DNA from: a virus
Length of the DNA: 64,000 bases
Strand: one strand, 5' to 3'
IMG/VR virus record: IMGVR_UViG_3300012936_000001
Coordinates: 32,001-96,000 of that record
Below are positions 49,769 to 59,429 of the stretch, piece after piece. Made by a program: the position numbers and the translations under genes. The first letter of the stretch is position 1. Each line of letters begins with the position of its first letter. The notes beneath the pieces were generated by a model. It ran no database searches and was not told the origin of the DNA. It worked only from the letters and a program-made list of their open reading frames with translations.

Positions 49769-50024
49769 CAAAGAAATATTTCTTGAACAGATTTTTAATT
49801 TAATGTACTACATTGGATTTACATATCACGAAGCTTACAATATTCCAGTCTGGCAAAGAAGATGGTTTATACAACGTCTTAATACCGAATTAGAGCGAGC
49901 AAAAAAAGCGAATGGAGGAGAGGCCCCTCCAACAAGAGCAATGCATCAGAACACCCCTGACGTACGCTCCATGATGGGGAGAATGAGATCGCAAGTTCCA
50001 GCTAATCTAAGAAGATTTACATAA
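49746..50024 (+). CDS. gp51-like tail assembly protein, probably made as a +1 frameshift extension of 48899..49768
   Basis: EQIFNLMYYIGFTYHEAYNIPVWQRRWFIQRL. No good start or RBS at the 5' end. Overlaps the upstream ORF across a T7 run. Confidence 0.65.
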   Translation, partial: FFGLTPDNKEIFLEQIFNLMYYIGFTYHEAYNIPVWQRRWFIQRLNTELERAKKANGGEAPPTRAMHQNTPDVRSMMGRMRSQVPANLRRFT

Positions 50025-50027
50025 ATT

Positions 50028-50056
50028 TTGTAAAAAAGCGAAGAATAAGCTATAAT
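50028..50056 (+). promoter_or_regulatory. Sigma70-like promoter
   Basis: TTGTAA (50028-33), 17 nt, TATAAT (50051-56). Same architecture as 19538..19566. Confidence 0.65.
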
Positions 50057-50171
50057 CAAAAAGACACCCTACTACAAATAAACATGAAGATGCATGTAAA
50101 TTACTAAGACGATAGGTGAAAACATACAAGGGTGACGAATATGCTAGTAACCAACCATAGGGAATAAGTCT

Positions 50172-50429
50172 ATGCAAAATAAAGAAACTCAACTTCTAAT
50201 AATAGAGTATCTAAATGCAGGGCTTGTTCCCTATGTTCCATTTTCAAATATACACTTTAACAAAAAGCCAACAAGAAAACAAAAAAGAAAGTTTCGAAAA
50301 TTATGGAGAAAACTTTCCGACGAAATAGCAAAATCAGATCATGGTACATATCCGTCGTTCAAGAAAAGAAGGTTAAGAAAGACCATTGTCTTAAATGAAA
50401 TGTTTTCAAGAATAGAAAGGCCAAAATGA
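50172..50429 (+). CDS. Small basic hypothetical protein
   Basis: AGGGA RBS, RKQKRKFRKLWRK. Confidence 0.55.
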   Translation: MQNKETQLLIIEYLNAGLVPYVPFSNIHFNKKPTRKQKRKFRKLWRKLSDEIAKSDHGTYPSFKKRRLRKTIVLNEMFSRIERPK

Positions 50430-50863
50430 ATTTACAAGAAGTAAAGGTAGGCGATTGTTGTTTTTTTCTCGTGCGTGGTGTGAATACACCAAAATTTGGT
50501 GAGATTTACAAAATTAGCGAAAAAGAAGAAATCATTCATGTAATAGAAGTCAAGGACTCGAAGTACTATTCAGTACATTCTAGAAATTTTGCATGGAACA
50601 AAGAAGACTTAAAAGATAAAAAATGGGAAGATCCACATAATTATAATGACACAGTGGAGAATGCTAATGAAAAAGAAACTACTAAAAGAAGCAGTAATGT
50701 TCATAACAGGAAGAAGGCCTCAGATTCAAATAAAAGGAGAATCAAAAAAAGCAAAGGCACTTCTGAGAGTGATGGTAGCAAGCAAAAATTTATACGAAGC
50801 ACTGGAAAGCAAAAATCCAAAACTAAAAGAAATAGAAAAGCTAGTAGAAATAAAAAAGGTTAG
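50426..50863 (+). CDS. Hypothetical protein (SH3-like N-terminus, basic tail overlapping next gene)
   Basis: ATGA coupling. VKVGD...GEIYKI...IHVIE pattern. The last ~65 codons overlap 50667..50909. Confidence 0.45.
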   Translation: MNLQEVKVGDCCFFLVRGVNTPKFGEIYKISEKEEIIHVIEVKDSKYYSVHSRNFAWNKEDLKDKKWEDPHNYNDTVENANEKETTKRSSNVHNRKKASDSNKRRIKKSKGTSESDGSKQKFIRSTGKQKSKTKRNRKASRNKKG

Positions 50864-50909
50864 AGCCTTCCAGTTCAAAAAGATTACAGGAAACGATTGG
50901 CCGTTATAA
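50667..50909 (+). CDS. Small basic helical protein
   Basis: GGAG 7 nt before ATG 50667. MKKKLLKEA...WPL. Confidence 0.55.
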   Translation: MKKKLLKEAVMFITGRRPQIQIKGESKKAKALLRVMVASKNLYEALESKNPKLKEIEKLVEIKKVRAFQFKKITGNDWPL

Positions 50910-50934
50910 TTTAAACTCAAAATTCAAGTCAAAC

Positions 50935-50941
50935 ATATTTA
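50935..50941 (+). promoter_or_regulatory. Putative late promoter ATANTTA
   Basis: ATATTTA upstream of the tape measure. Confidence 0.6.
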
Positions 50942-50972
50942 TCAATGCATGGCTTGAGTTTCGGAGATAAAT

Positions 50973-53900
50973 GTGGCTAATGACGATAGAAAAGAATTAG
51001 AAGAGACCGGCAAAGCCGCCGAAGAAGCCACGGCTTCATTGGGACGAATGGCTGCTCAAATGAACGAGTTTTTCAAGGTTTTGGCAGGTGTTTCTGAAAA
51101 AGCAGCTGAGGAAACAAAGTCTGTTTCCGAACAAATGGAAGAAGCCGCAAAAAAAGCAGGTCTCGCCGCCGGCGCAACCGACGATTATGAAAAGGTTCTA
51201 CAGGAATTAAACAAAACATCTAATAGGTCCAGGAAGGAATTGACCGGTTTTCAAAAAGGCCTTTCCGATGCATATGATAAGGCGCTAAAATTTAATCTTG
51301 GATTATCTCTTATCAACGGAACTCTTGCATCGGTCAAGTCTACATTTGGACTTATGCAATCGATGCTGTCCGGAGCAATGTCAGCAATAAAAGGATTTAT
51401 TGGATTGGTTGATGGGCTATGGACTGGTCTCCTGGACGCAGCGGTTGATTACATGAACGGATCATCAGCCCTAAGACAAGCAATAGAGAACGTTAGAAAA
51501 GAATTCGGTGACTTGGCAACAAACGAAGGTGCTCAAGTCATGACGATGTATAAAGAGCTCAACAAAACATCTTCAACCCTTCGTACCACCGGTAGATCTC
51601 TGTGGAATACTTTTGGCGATTTTGCAGAAAGATTGCAATTCGTTACCGAAATAGCAACAGCAGCCGGCGGAGCAATGACCCGTTTCGGCGATTCGCTAGT
51701 AAAAAATCTGCCGCAAGTTGCGCTACTAAATAAATCTTTAAACGTATCAAACGAAGCGTTGATACAAATGATTAAAAACTCCGAACGTGCAGGCCAGGAT
51801 CCAAAAGAGGCATTCGATGAATTGGCAGTCTCTGTAGCGCACCTTTCAAAACAATTTGGCGTGTCTGCCAAAATGATAGGAAAGAATTTTGACGAGTTAA
51901 TAAAAGACACGGATACATTTGGTCATATGGGTCCAAAAGCCCTAGCATCCGTGGCAACTTACGCAGCAAAATTAAATGTTGAAATATCTACATTAAAAGG
52001 CCTGATGACCACATTCGATACATTCGAAGGAGCCGCGACAGCCGCAGGAAAACTAAATGAAGTTCTAGGAATACAAGTCGACACAATGAAGATGATAAAT
52101 GCTGACAATCCAGCCGAAAGACTGGATATGATGCGCAAGGCTTTTGAAGATACTGGTAAATCCGTTAACGATCTATCTAGACATGAACTCAAAGCACTGT
52201 CAGGTGCGTTGGATGGCATGCCAATTGAAGATCTTAAAAATTCTTTATCAATGTCAACAGATGATGTAAACTTTGCAGAGATTGCGGATGAGGCAGCCGA
52301 GGCTCAGAAAAAGATGTCTCCTGTGGAGGCAATGAACGAGCTATCAAAAAATATTGAGAAGCTTATAAAAAGTGGCGAGTTAGTAAAGGGTGGATTCTTT
52401 GCAAACTTTGTAGAAGGTATCAGTCTAGGAATCGAAAGATCGAAAGGATTTCGAACCCTAATGAGATATATTGGCCGACAATTAAAAGCTGTTCTCAATG
52501 CCGGTAAAGCAGTTGGAAAGATATTAGGTCCAATCTTTTCAGAAAAAGGACCACTTGGCAAATTAATAAAGCAATACAAACAGCTTATTGACTTTTCAAC
52601 AAAAGGTTCTATCGGGGCAAACTTTCTTATTGATATAAAAAATGCATTTAAGGGACTAATGAAAGACCTAGAGACAGACCCAAAAAAGGCGTTAACAAAA
52701 TTCTTTGATAATCTCAAAAAAGCTTGGAAAACTTATACTTCAGCAAAGTCCCCAATGGTAACAAATATCGGAGAAGGATTCAAAAACTTATTTATCGGCG
52801 CCCTAGAATATATACGGGACGAAGTTCCAAAAATGATAAAGGATCTTGGCGAAACCGTCTCTGCGGTCACCGAAGGAATTGGTAATGCCTTTGCAGAAGA
52901 TGGCGCGGTTAAGAAAATACAAGATCCATTTTTGTTAGCGCTCAGTGAGGCATTCACGGCTGTGTTCAAAGCAGTTTGGCATCACTTAGTTGGACCGGTT
53001 ATAGATCTTGCAGTCACACTTGGCGGTATACTTTTTGATTACATGTATCCAATATTAGAAAAAGTTTTTCTTGCGCTCATGATCAAGGCAATCGTAACCG
53101 CAATGCTGCAGGCAGTTGTTGCTTCGGCGGTTAAAAGGGTAATAGGTGCGGCAATGATGAAACTTGGCATGCAGGTCGCCGTACAGAACACTGTTGTTAA
53201 CCAAACAATAATACAAGGAGCTGCACAGACTGGAGGTGTGGCAACAGCGATAAACACCACCGCAAAAAGTATTACTATGGCAACGCTAGGCAATGCTCTT
53301 AAGATTGCTGGGTTCATGACAGTGATGGCATTTACTTTCATCGCCGCGGCATTTGGGCTTTATAAAGCAGCCGAAGCTGCCGGCATAACAAGCGACTTCA
53401 CCGGTTATCTAAAAACTTTTGCTGCGATCGGCCTGATAGCAGGGGCAACTGCCGCATTGATCTTTACGGTAACTGCCGCTGGAGAAGCACTCAGCAAAAT
53501 GTCACCGATGGCAATATTAAAGGGCGTCGTCGCTGTTGGACTCGCACTTCTCGCGATAGGAGGTCTTACGCTGCCTCTAATGTTTATAAACTATATGGTC
53601 GAAGGACTTGACTTATCGAGAGTTCTTGCTGCAGTTGGAATTATGGGTGTGCTTGTGCTTGAAGCTGCAGTCCTTATTGGGCTTGCCATAGCCGCAGGGG
53701 CCGCCGTCTCGGGCCCTCAAGCTATCCTGTTGGGAACAGGTCTCGCCGCTGTTGCGGCTGTGTTAACAGTTTTGGCTATTGCTGTAGGACCGGTCATGGC
53801 GCTAATAGCTTTAATGATCGGTAACATGAAACTCGAACCAGTAAGTAAAGCGGTAAACATAATGGGTAAATTAGTCCTTATGGCTGCAGGTTTGACCCTA

Positions 53901-55352
53901 ACAGCTATCGCAGTTGGATTTGCAATCGGCGCAAGCTTTGGTGTTGGTGGAGTAGCTATTGGTGTTGGATTCGCTGCGATCGCATCAATACTTTACACAG
54001 TAGTTGACGTGCTAGCCGGTCCCGATGGTATATTAGCATCGGTCAACAAGATAAAAATCACCAACTTCGACAACCTAGCTAAGAAAATAGCCTTCCTAGA
54101 AAAGCTTATGAATCTTATAACCGGAGTTGGAAAGGTTGCTATTGATGCTGCAAAGATCGCTGGTAACGTTTCAACGGGATTCTTTACTTCGTCAACAACA
54201 GCGACAAAACAATTCAAACAAGTGATGGCATCCATAAAAAGCATAATAGTAGCAATGAAAGATTCGTTAGTCGATGTCATTACGAACGTCAAGACGTTAA
54301 TGGTTCGCATCGGAACGGTAGATGCCAAGAAACTAAAAGCAGCTTCTGTAATTGCGCAAGTTGTGGGCTCGCTAGCCCAATTAATGGGCTCGATGACCGA
54401 TCCAATGAAGGAAGTGGCACGACTGGCGAAGAATAGAGATGGCGAGGTTGATTCGGGTGCGCTCACGAGCATGTTAAACAGCATGTCATCCGTTATGGAT
54501 ATATTTATTGGTAGCGATGCAAACAAGGGAGCATTAGAAAGAATCATCGATAACGTTATTAAGATGTCCGAAATGTTCAAGGGTAAACCTATCAAGGGAA
54601 TTAAAGGAAGACTAAGACTAGTTGGTATAGCGTTTAAAGCTTTTTCAGATGTTTCGACTGGGCTTGCAGCTGTAATGACCGCAATGAAGAAAAGACGATC
54701 GACCATGATAACCGAGGCAGATGAAAGTCGTAGGGCTCGTTATGGAGATCAAAAAACAACCCAAACCCGGGCAGACGTAATTGACCCTGATGATTTGGAA
54801 AAGACTATTAACAAATTAACGGCAGTGTTCAGCGGCGGGTCGCTGTCAAAATTTGTAAATGCATTGAACTCAGAAGCAAAACTGACAAAAGCAGTTGATC
54901 AAAAAGCACTTGATAAACTCGAGGCTGCTATGGGGTCCGCAGATAGCGTCATAAGTATAATGGACAAAGTATTTAAGCCTGAAACATTAAGAGCCGTAAC
55001 GGCAACGATGAATCGAATAAGAAAACTCAACGATTTGATAAGAACAACGCCAAAAGGCGAAACAACTGTCAAGATGCTCTTGCAAGAGGGAGAGCAAATA
55101 ATGAAGCAAGTGGCTAAATTTTCAAAATCTGTAGATGTGAAAATGTTGAATAAAGCCGAAGCCTTGGTTGGTATTGCCGAAAAAGATGGTAAAATACAAA
55201 TAGTAACTGATAAAATAAGCGTTAATTTCCATTTAAATATCAAGATGGAAACAAAGGAAATAGCGTATGCTCTTCACAAAGGAAAAGATGGGCCTTACTT
55301 TGAACTCAATCACAAATACCAACAGGATCCGTTTTTCAAGAACAATAACTAG
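50973..55352 (+). CDS. Tail tape measure protein
   Basis: 1459 aa, Ala-rich and helical, with a central hydrophobic multi-helix region. Lies between the tube/chaperone and baseplate genes. GGAG RBS with GTG start. Confidence 0.85.
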   Translation: MANDDRKELEETGKAAEEATASLGRMAAQMNEFFKVLAGVSEKAAEETKSVSEQMEEAAKKAGLAAGATDDYEKVLQELNKTSNRSRKELTGFQKGLSDAYDKALKFNLGLSLINGTLASVKSTFGLMQSMLSGAMSAIKGFIGLVDGLWTGLLDAAVDYMNGSSALRQAIENVRKEFGDLATNEGAQVMTMYKELNKTSSTLRTTGRSLWNTFGDFAERLQFVTEIATAAGGAMTRFGDSLVKNLPQVALLNKSLNVSNEALIQMIKNSERAGQDPKEAFDELAVSVAHLSKQFGVSAKMIGKNFDELIKDTDTFGHMGPKALASVATYAAKLNVEISTLKGLMTTFDTFEGAATAAGKLNEVLGIQVDTMKMINADNPAERLDMMRKAFEDTGKSVNDLSRHELKALSGALDGMPIEDLKNSLSMSTDDVNFAEIADEAAEAQKKMSPVEAMNELSKNIEKLIKSGELVKGGFFANFVEGISLGIERSKGFRTLMRYIGRQLKAVLNAGKAVGKILGPIFSEKGPLGKLIKQYKQLIDFSTKGSIGANFLIDIKNAFKGLMKDLETDPKKALTKFFDNLKKAWKTYTSAKSPMVTNIGEGFKNLFIGALEYIRDEVPKMIKDLGETVSAVTEGIGNAFAEDGAVKKIQDPFLLALSEAFTAVFKAVWHHLVGPVIDLAVTLGGILFDYMYPILEKVFLALMIKAIVTAMLQAVVASAVKRVIGAAMMKLGMQVAVQNTVVNQTIIQGAAQTGGVATAINTTAKSITMATLGNALKIAGFMTVMAFTFIAAAFGLYKAAEAAGITSDFTGYLKTFAAIGLIAGATAALIFTVTAAGEALSKMSPMAILKGVVAVGLALLAIGGLTLPLMFINYMVEGLDLSRVLAAVGIMGVLVLEAAVLIGLAIAAGAAVSGPQAILLGTGLAAVAAVLTVLAIAVGPVMALIALMIGNMKLEPVSKAVNIMGKLVLMAAGLTLTAIAVGFAIGASFGVGGVAIGVGFAAIASILYTVVDVLAGPDGILASVNKIKITNFDNLAKKIAFLEKLMNLITGVGKVAIDAAKIAGNVSTGFFTSSTTATKQFKQVMASIKSIIVAMKDSLVDVITNVKTLMVRIGTVDAKKLKAASVIAQVVGSLAQLMGSMTDPMKEVARLAKNRDGEVDSGALTSMLNSMSSVMDIFIGSDANKGALERIIDNVIKMSEMFKGKPIKGIKGRLRLVGIAFKAFSDVSTGLAAVMTAMKKRRSTMITEADESRRARYGDQKTTQTRADVIDPDDLEKTINKLTAVFSGGSLSKFVNALNSEAKLTKAVDQKALDKLEAAMGSADSVISIMDKVFKPETLRAVTATMNRIRKLNDLIRTTPKGETTVKMLLQEGEQIMKQVAKFSKSVDVKMLNKAEALVGIAEKDGKIQIVTDKISVNFHLNIKMETKEIAYALHKGKDGPYFELNHKYQQDPFFKNNN

Positions 55353-55361
55353 GATGCCAAA

Positions 55362-55577
55362 ATGAAAGAAAAAAAATTTATGATTAAAGAAGTACTTGAA
55401 TCCGAACAGTATAAAGAGTTTCTAGAAAATGTTCCTCAAGAACAGCGAAAGACCGTTATTGAATATACCTTGGGGTTATGTCAAAAGCGGCAAAAAATGC
55501 TTGACATGGTCCAAAATTTATCAGACGAAGAAAAGGTAAAACTAATGAAGGAGTTGACCGGTGTCAGAGATAGATGA
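55362..55577 (+). CDS. Small hypothetical protein
   Basis: AGGA RBS, 71 aa, fills the gap between the TMP and the next gene. Confidence 0.5.
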   Translation: MKEKKFMIKEVLESEQYKEFLENVPQEQRKTVIEYTLGLCQKRQKMLDMVQNLSDEEKVKLMKELTGVRDR

Positions 55578-58500
55578 GAAAAAAATAGTAAGTCCGAGGT
55601 CGGAAGACGGTGGGCCAGTCCAGACCTATCGCGACGATTTATATCAGGAAAGAAAAAAAACGCTTGGAGATTATTTAAAGTCGCAAACTTCTGGTGAGCA
55701 ATACAACTTACCTAATAGCGATGAGCAAATTCTTAGAAAAGAACACAAGAATGCTTTTAGTATTGGCGAAGGCGGTTCTGAATTTTCTGTAATGGATGAT
55801 GAAGGTAGACCGGCCGGAATACAAAATTCACCAGAGTCTCAACCTTCTTTCTCCAATCAGGAAGACTTGGAACAATCTTTTACTGAGGCATATAAATTTT
55901 TTGATAATCTGTCCAAAGGACGATTAGATGATTCTCTTGGAGGAGGCTCTTTTTCGAATGAAGATTTATCGACCTTAGAAATAGACAAGAACAATCAGGA
56001 ATCCGGACACTTTCTTCTTAATAATCCCAACAGGATTGCAGACAAAGTAGTATCTTCTGTTCTTAGAAGAAACCGGTGGACTCCATATCAAAATCCGGAC
56101 AACCCAGAAAGTGACAGAAGATACGAAAACATGAATCAGTCAGAGTATAATGTCGACCTAAGAAATCCGCGTCCGGAAATAGAAGAGTTTGAAGCAGATA
56201 CTCAGAAGCTTCGAAACATAGGACGATCCCTACTCCTGGCAGCATCTTCGGAAGACTCGGTTGCTTCTCCAGTAGACGTCCGAGAACAAGAATTTGACGT
56301 CGGAAGTTTTGACCTCTTATCTTTTTTGCAAAACTCAATTCCAGGTGACGTTGCCGGAGAGCCAAGCCCAAATTCGCTAAGTATTGACTTCGCAAACACA
56401 AAGATTCCCGTAGATAGATTCAGGCCAATAAACCATGACATTACTCTAGACAATCAATCTAACGACGGTCGAGAAAAAAATTATACCGCTTCATCTTATG
56501 GGGTATTGAACAACCATATTAGGCAATTTGAGGATCAGTCAGGAAGATCTGATATGGTTGTTCTTTCTTTTTTATCCTTGGTAGCGATGATAGTTAGTTC
56601 AATATTCACTCTTTTGATAGTCGAACTAATTTCCTCCGCCGCGACTGCGCTCACAGGACTTGCCTACAACAACTCTACAGGCAGAGGTTTAGGATCAAGA
56701 GTGCTTCCATCTGGAAATTCTATACAAAAACATTCTAGATCAATCGGAGGCTGGGAAGGACTCGGGGATGAGGCACTAAAAATAATTTTGAATTTGCCGC
56801 AGGCTTTTGTTGAGTATCTTGGCATTTATCAGCCAATGCATATCTCAGGCAAAAATGGATATGGTTCTTACTCTGCTGCTGTTGGAATGGGAATTATTTC
56901 CCTTGTTTACGCAATGGTCAAGGATTTCGGTTTCTCTTCAGGATTTTTTGCCAGTACGTTCAGAACTGTCATGCGAAGTGAGTTTACCGGTGACGAATTA
57001 TTAGATAATCCTACAGGTCTTGCAACGAATGGGTTCGACAGTCTAGTAGGATACTTTCGTAATCTAAGAGAATCAAGGGGACTCAAGGCTCTGAATTACC
57101 TTGCAAAGTTAGGAGACATATTTTATGTTTCTTACGATAGAGATTCTGCCTATGCGGTTAAGAATGTATCGCGACTAGGGTATGACGTAGTAAAAGGCCA
57201 GAAGGAGCACAATGAATTCTCCAAAATCGGAAGAACATTTAGATCACATCCTTCTAAGGTTGGCGGAAAATTGAACTGGAGAGTTGATTCTGCAGCTTCT
57301 TTCATCTTCGATTCCGAATATGAAGATAGAGCCTATCAATATGTCAGATCCGACCTAATTGGCGTGAGCATCGTTCAAGCCAGAGAAGAGGAATTAATGC
57401 AATCAAATTCTGAAATCGATGAAGATATTATCGGAAGAGCGGTAGATAAACCAACACGATTATCGGCCAAGATGGTTCGAATGATCGAAGAACAGTTAGA
57501 ATCAGAATATATGCCGTTCTATTTTCAAGATCTACGAACAAATGAAATTATAGCCTTTCATGCCTTTTTATCAAGTCTTACAGACGGATTTCAACCAAGC
57601 TACAATTCTACAAAGGGATTTGGTCGAATGGATCCTGTGATGACCTATGGAGACACTACTAGATCTATATCTTTTGCGTTCACTGTTTATGCAACCAGCA
57701 AAGAGGACTTCGATGTGATGTGGAAAAAAGTGAACAAGATGGTTACTCTAGTGTATCCGCAGTGGTCAGGAGGAACAAAAGTAAGATCTGCTGACGAACA
57801 ACATCTGTATACTATACCATATTCCCAAATTCCAACTGCTTCCCCGTTAATAAGAGTTCGAATTGGAGACCTAATTAAGTCAAATTATTCTCGCAAAGAC
57901 ATGACAAGATTATTTGGGACTTCTAATAATGATTTTACAGCCCATGGGGTGGCCTTTGGCTCACTATACCATTCCATTTGGCAACGGAAGCGAAGAAAAG
58001 AAGCCATGAAACAATTTAAAAAGTGGTCTGCTTCTCTCGTTGAACCGAATGGAAAACTATTCAAGGTCAGCAGCGTACCAAATCAGCCCCATACCACCCC
58101 TATAAAATTTCGTGTTGCTACAGGAGCAGATTTCTGGATAATAAACATGGACCCTGACGATAGAGCCAAGATTACCGAAGAAAGAAATAGTCTAAAAACG
58201 AAATCAAAAGTTATTAAGAAAACACCGCTTCAAAAGATAATTTACAAGGTTGGGTTTGCACCAACTTACCGAGAAGACGGAACCATAATTGGGCATAATT
58301 GGCAACTAGTAGACATGGACAAGAAAGTCGGAGAAGTACAGCAGACCGAAACGAGGAAGGGCTCCGATGGCCAATACAAAGAGGTACCGGTGGGAGAGCC
58401 AACAGATGTAAAACTAAACGATATGGACAACGGGCTCCAAGAGTCAAAATCTTTGCAGGGCTTCGTCTTCGATCTCGAGGTTGATTATCCGAAGTTCTGG

Positions 58501-59130
58501 AGCGCCATCGGGTGGCCTGATGAAAAGGCTTGGATTGCAGATCACTTTTTCTGTGAGCCAGTCGATGGTACTAAGGCAGAGCTATTGAAAGGATTTGATA
58601 ACTTAATTGAGGCACAAGCTTCAGCCCTCACAGCCGTAACAGCCAAGACTGGTATGGCCGCAGAAATAGCTGCTCAAATTGAAATGGCCCAAAACTGGAA
58701 AAAATTAATTAATAATGACAAGATTTTATTGGTGGTTACAAAAGAACTCGCGTTGGGTCAGGCTATTTGGGTTCAAGACGGATTCATAAGCCAAGAGTGG
58801 ATCAATCAAAACCCAGAACCAACAGACATTCCTTCAGTGGTTGAAAAAGTAGAAGCGTCACAAAAGTTTTTTGACCCAGAAAAAAACCCAATCATGAAAG
58901 CTTTCGAATCAACAGCGGGAACAGGACTGCCTGGAGTAATTACGCAATTAGGATTAGACTGGAAACTAAACGAATACCCATGGGAAATAGATCCCGGTAG
59001 TAAAGCCCCGATGGGCTGCGAAATCACTATTAACTTTCAACCAATGCACGAAATCGCTCCTGGGCTTGATAAGAACGGCATCAACAGAGCCCCTGTTTTC
59101 CGCGTTGGCTCAAGTGCAGATAAGGAATAA
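55561..59130 (+). CDS. Large baseplate/tail-tube initiator protein (tube-fold domain with insertions)
   Basis: PFYFQDLRTNEIIAFHAFLSSLTDGF...GRMDPV.TY..T.RSISF.F...PLIRVRIGD and C-terminal PGVI..L...W...PWE...P...EITINF resemble tube-initiator proteins. Lies between TMP and the LysM gene. Confidence 0.6.
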   Translation: MSEIDEKKIVSPRSEDGGPVQTYRDDLYQERKKTLGDYLKSQTSGEQYNLPNSDEQILRKEHKNAFSIGEGGSEFSVMDDEGRPAGIQNSPESQPSFSNQEDLEQSFTEAYKFFDNLSKGRLDDSLGGGSFSNEDLSTLEIDKNNQESGHFLLNNPNRIADKVVSSVLRRNRWTPYQNPDNPESDRRYENMNQSEYNVDLRNPRPEIEEFEADTQKLRNIGRSLLLAASSEDSVASPVDVREQEFDVGSFDLLSFLQNSIPGDVAGEPSPNSLSIDFANTKIPVDRFRPINHDITLDNQSNDGREKNYTASSYGVLNNHIRQFEDQSGRSDMVVLSFLSLVAMIVSSIFTLLIVELISSAATALTGLAYNNSTGRGLGSRVLPSGNSIQKHSRSIGGWEGLGDEALKIILNLPQAFVEYLGIYQPMHISGKNGYGSYSAAVGMGIISLVYAMVKDFGFSSGFFASTFRTVMRSEFTGDELLDNPTGLATNGFDSLVGYFRNLRESRGLKALNYLAKLGDIFYVSYDRDSAYAVKNVSRLGYDVVKGQKEHNEFSKIGRTFRSHPSKVGGKLNWRVDSAASFIFDSEYEDRAYQYVRSDLIGVSIVQAREEELMQSNSEIDEDIIGRAVDKPTRLSAKMVRMIEEQLESEYMPFYFQDLRTNEIIAFHAFLSSLTDGFQPSYNSTKGFGRMDPVMTYGDTTRSISFAFTVYATSKEDFDVMWKKVNKMVTLVYPQWSGGTKVRSADEQHLYTIPYSQIPTASPLIRVRIGDLIKSNYSRKDMTRLFGTSNNDFTAHGVAFGSLYHSIWQRKRRKEAMKQFKKWSASLVEPNGKLFKVSSVPNQPHTTPIKFRVATGADFWIINMDPDDRAKITEERNSLKTKSKVIKKTPLQKIIYKVGFAPTYREDGTIIGHNWQLVDMDKKVGEVQQTETRKGSDGQYKEVPVGEPTDVKLNDMDNGLQESKSLQGFVFDLEVDYPKFWSAIGWPDEKAWIADHFFCEPVDGTKAELLKGFDNLIEAQASALTAVTAKTGMAAEIAAQIEMAQNWKKLINNDKILLVVTKELALGQAIWVQDGFISQEWINQNPEPTDIPSVVEKVEASQKFFDPEKNPIMKAFESTAGTGLPGVITQLGLDWKLNEYPWEIDPGSKAPMGCEITINFQPMHEIAPGLDKNGINRAPVFRVGSSADKE

Positions 59131-59135
59131 TCACC

Positions 59136-59429
59136 ATGAGAAGATATGCAAGATCATCAGTTTATGCTGCCGGCAGGGCACTTGGTACCTCCTTTGCAGT
59201 TCCAATTATTAGAGACGAAGTAAAAAGAGGTACTATACCGGTCGATGAATACATAACCAAAGAAGGTGATCGTCTAGATCACATTGCTGCAAGAAAGCTT
59301 GGTTCTGGAAAATATTGGTGGATTCTCGCAGCAACTTCAAATATCGGCTGGAGTATGCAGGTGCCTGTCGGTACACGTCTCTTAATTCCGGAAAATATGG
59401 ATCGAATTAAGTTAATAGTAGGTGGATGA
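59136..59429 (+). CDS. LysM-like baseplate wedge protein (gp53/tail X-like)
   Basis: YITKEGDRLDHIAARKLGSGKYWWILAATSNI...GTRLLIP. Confidence 0.85.
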   Translation: MRRYARSSVYAAGRALGTSFAVPIIRDEVKRGTIPVDEYITKEGDRLDHIAARKLGSGKYWWILAATSNIGWSMQVPVGTRLLIPENMDRIKLIVGG

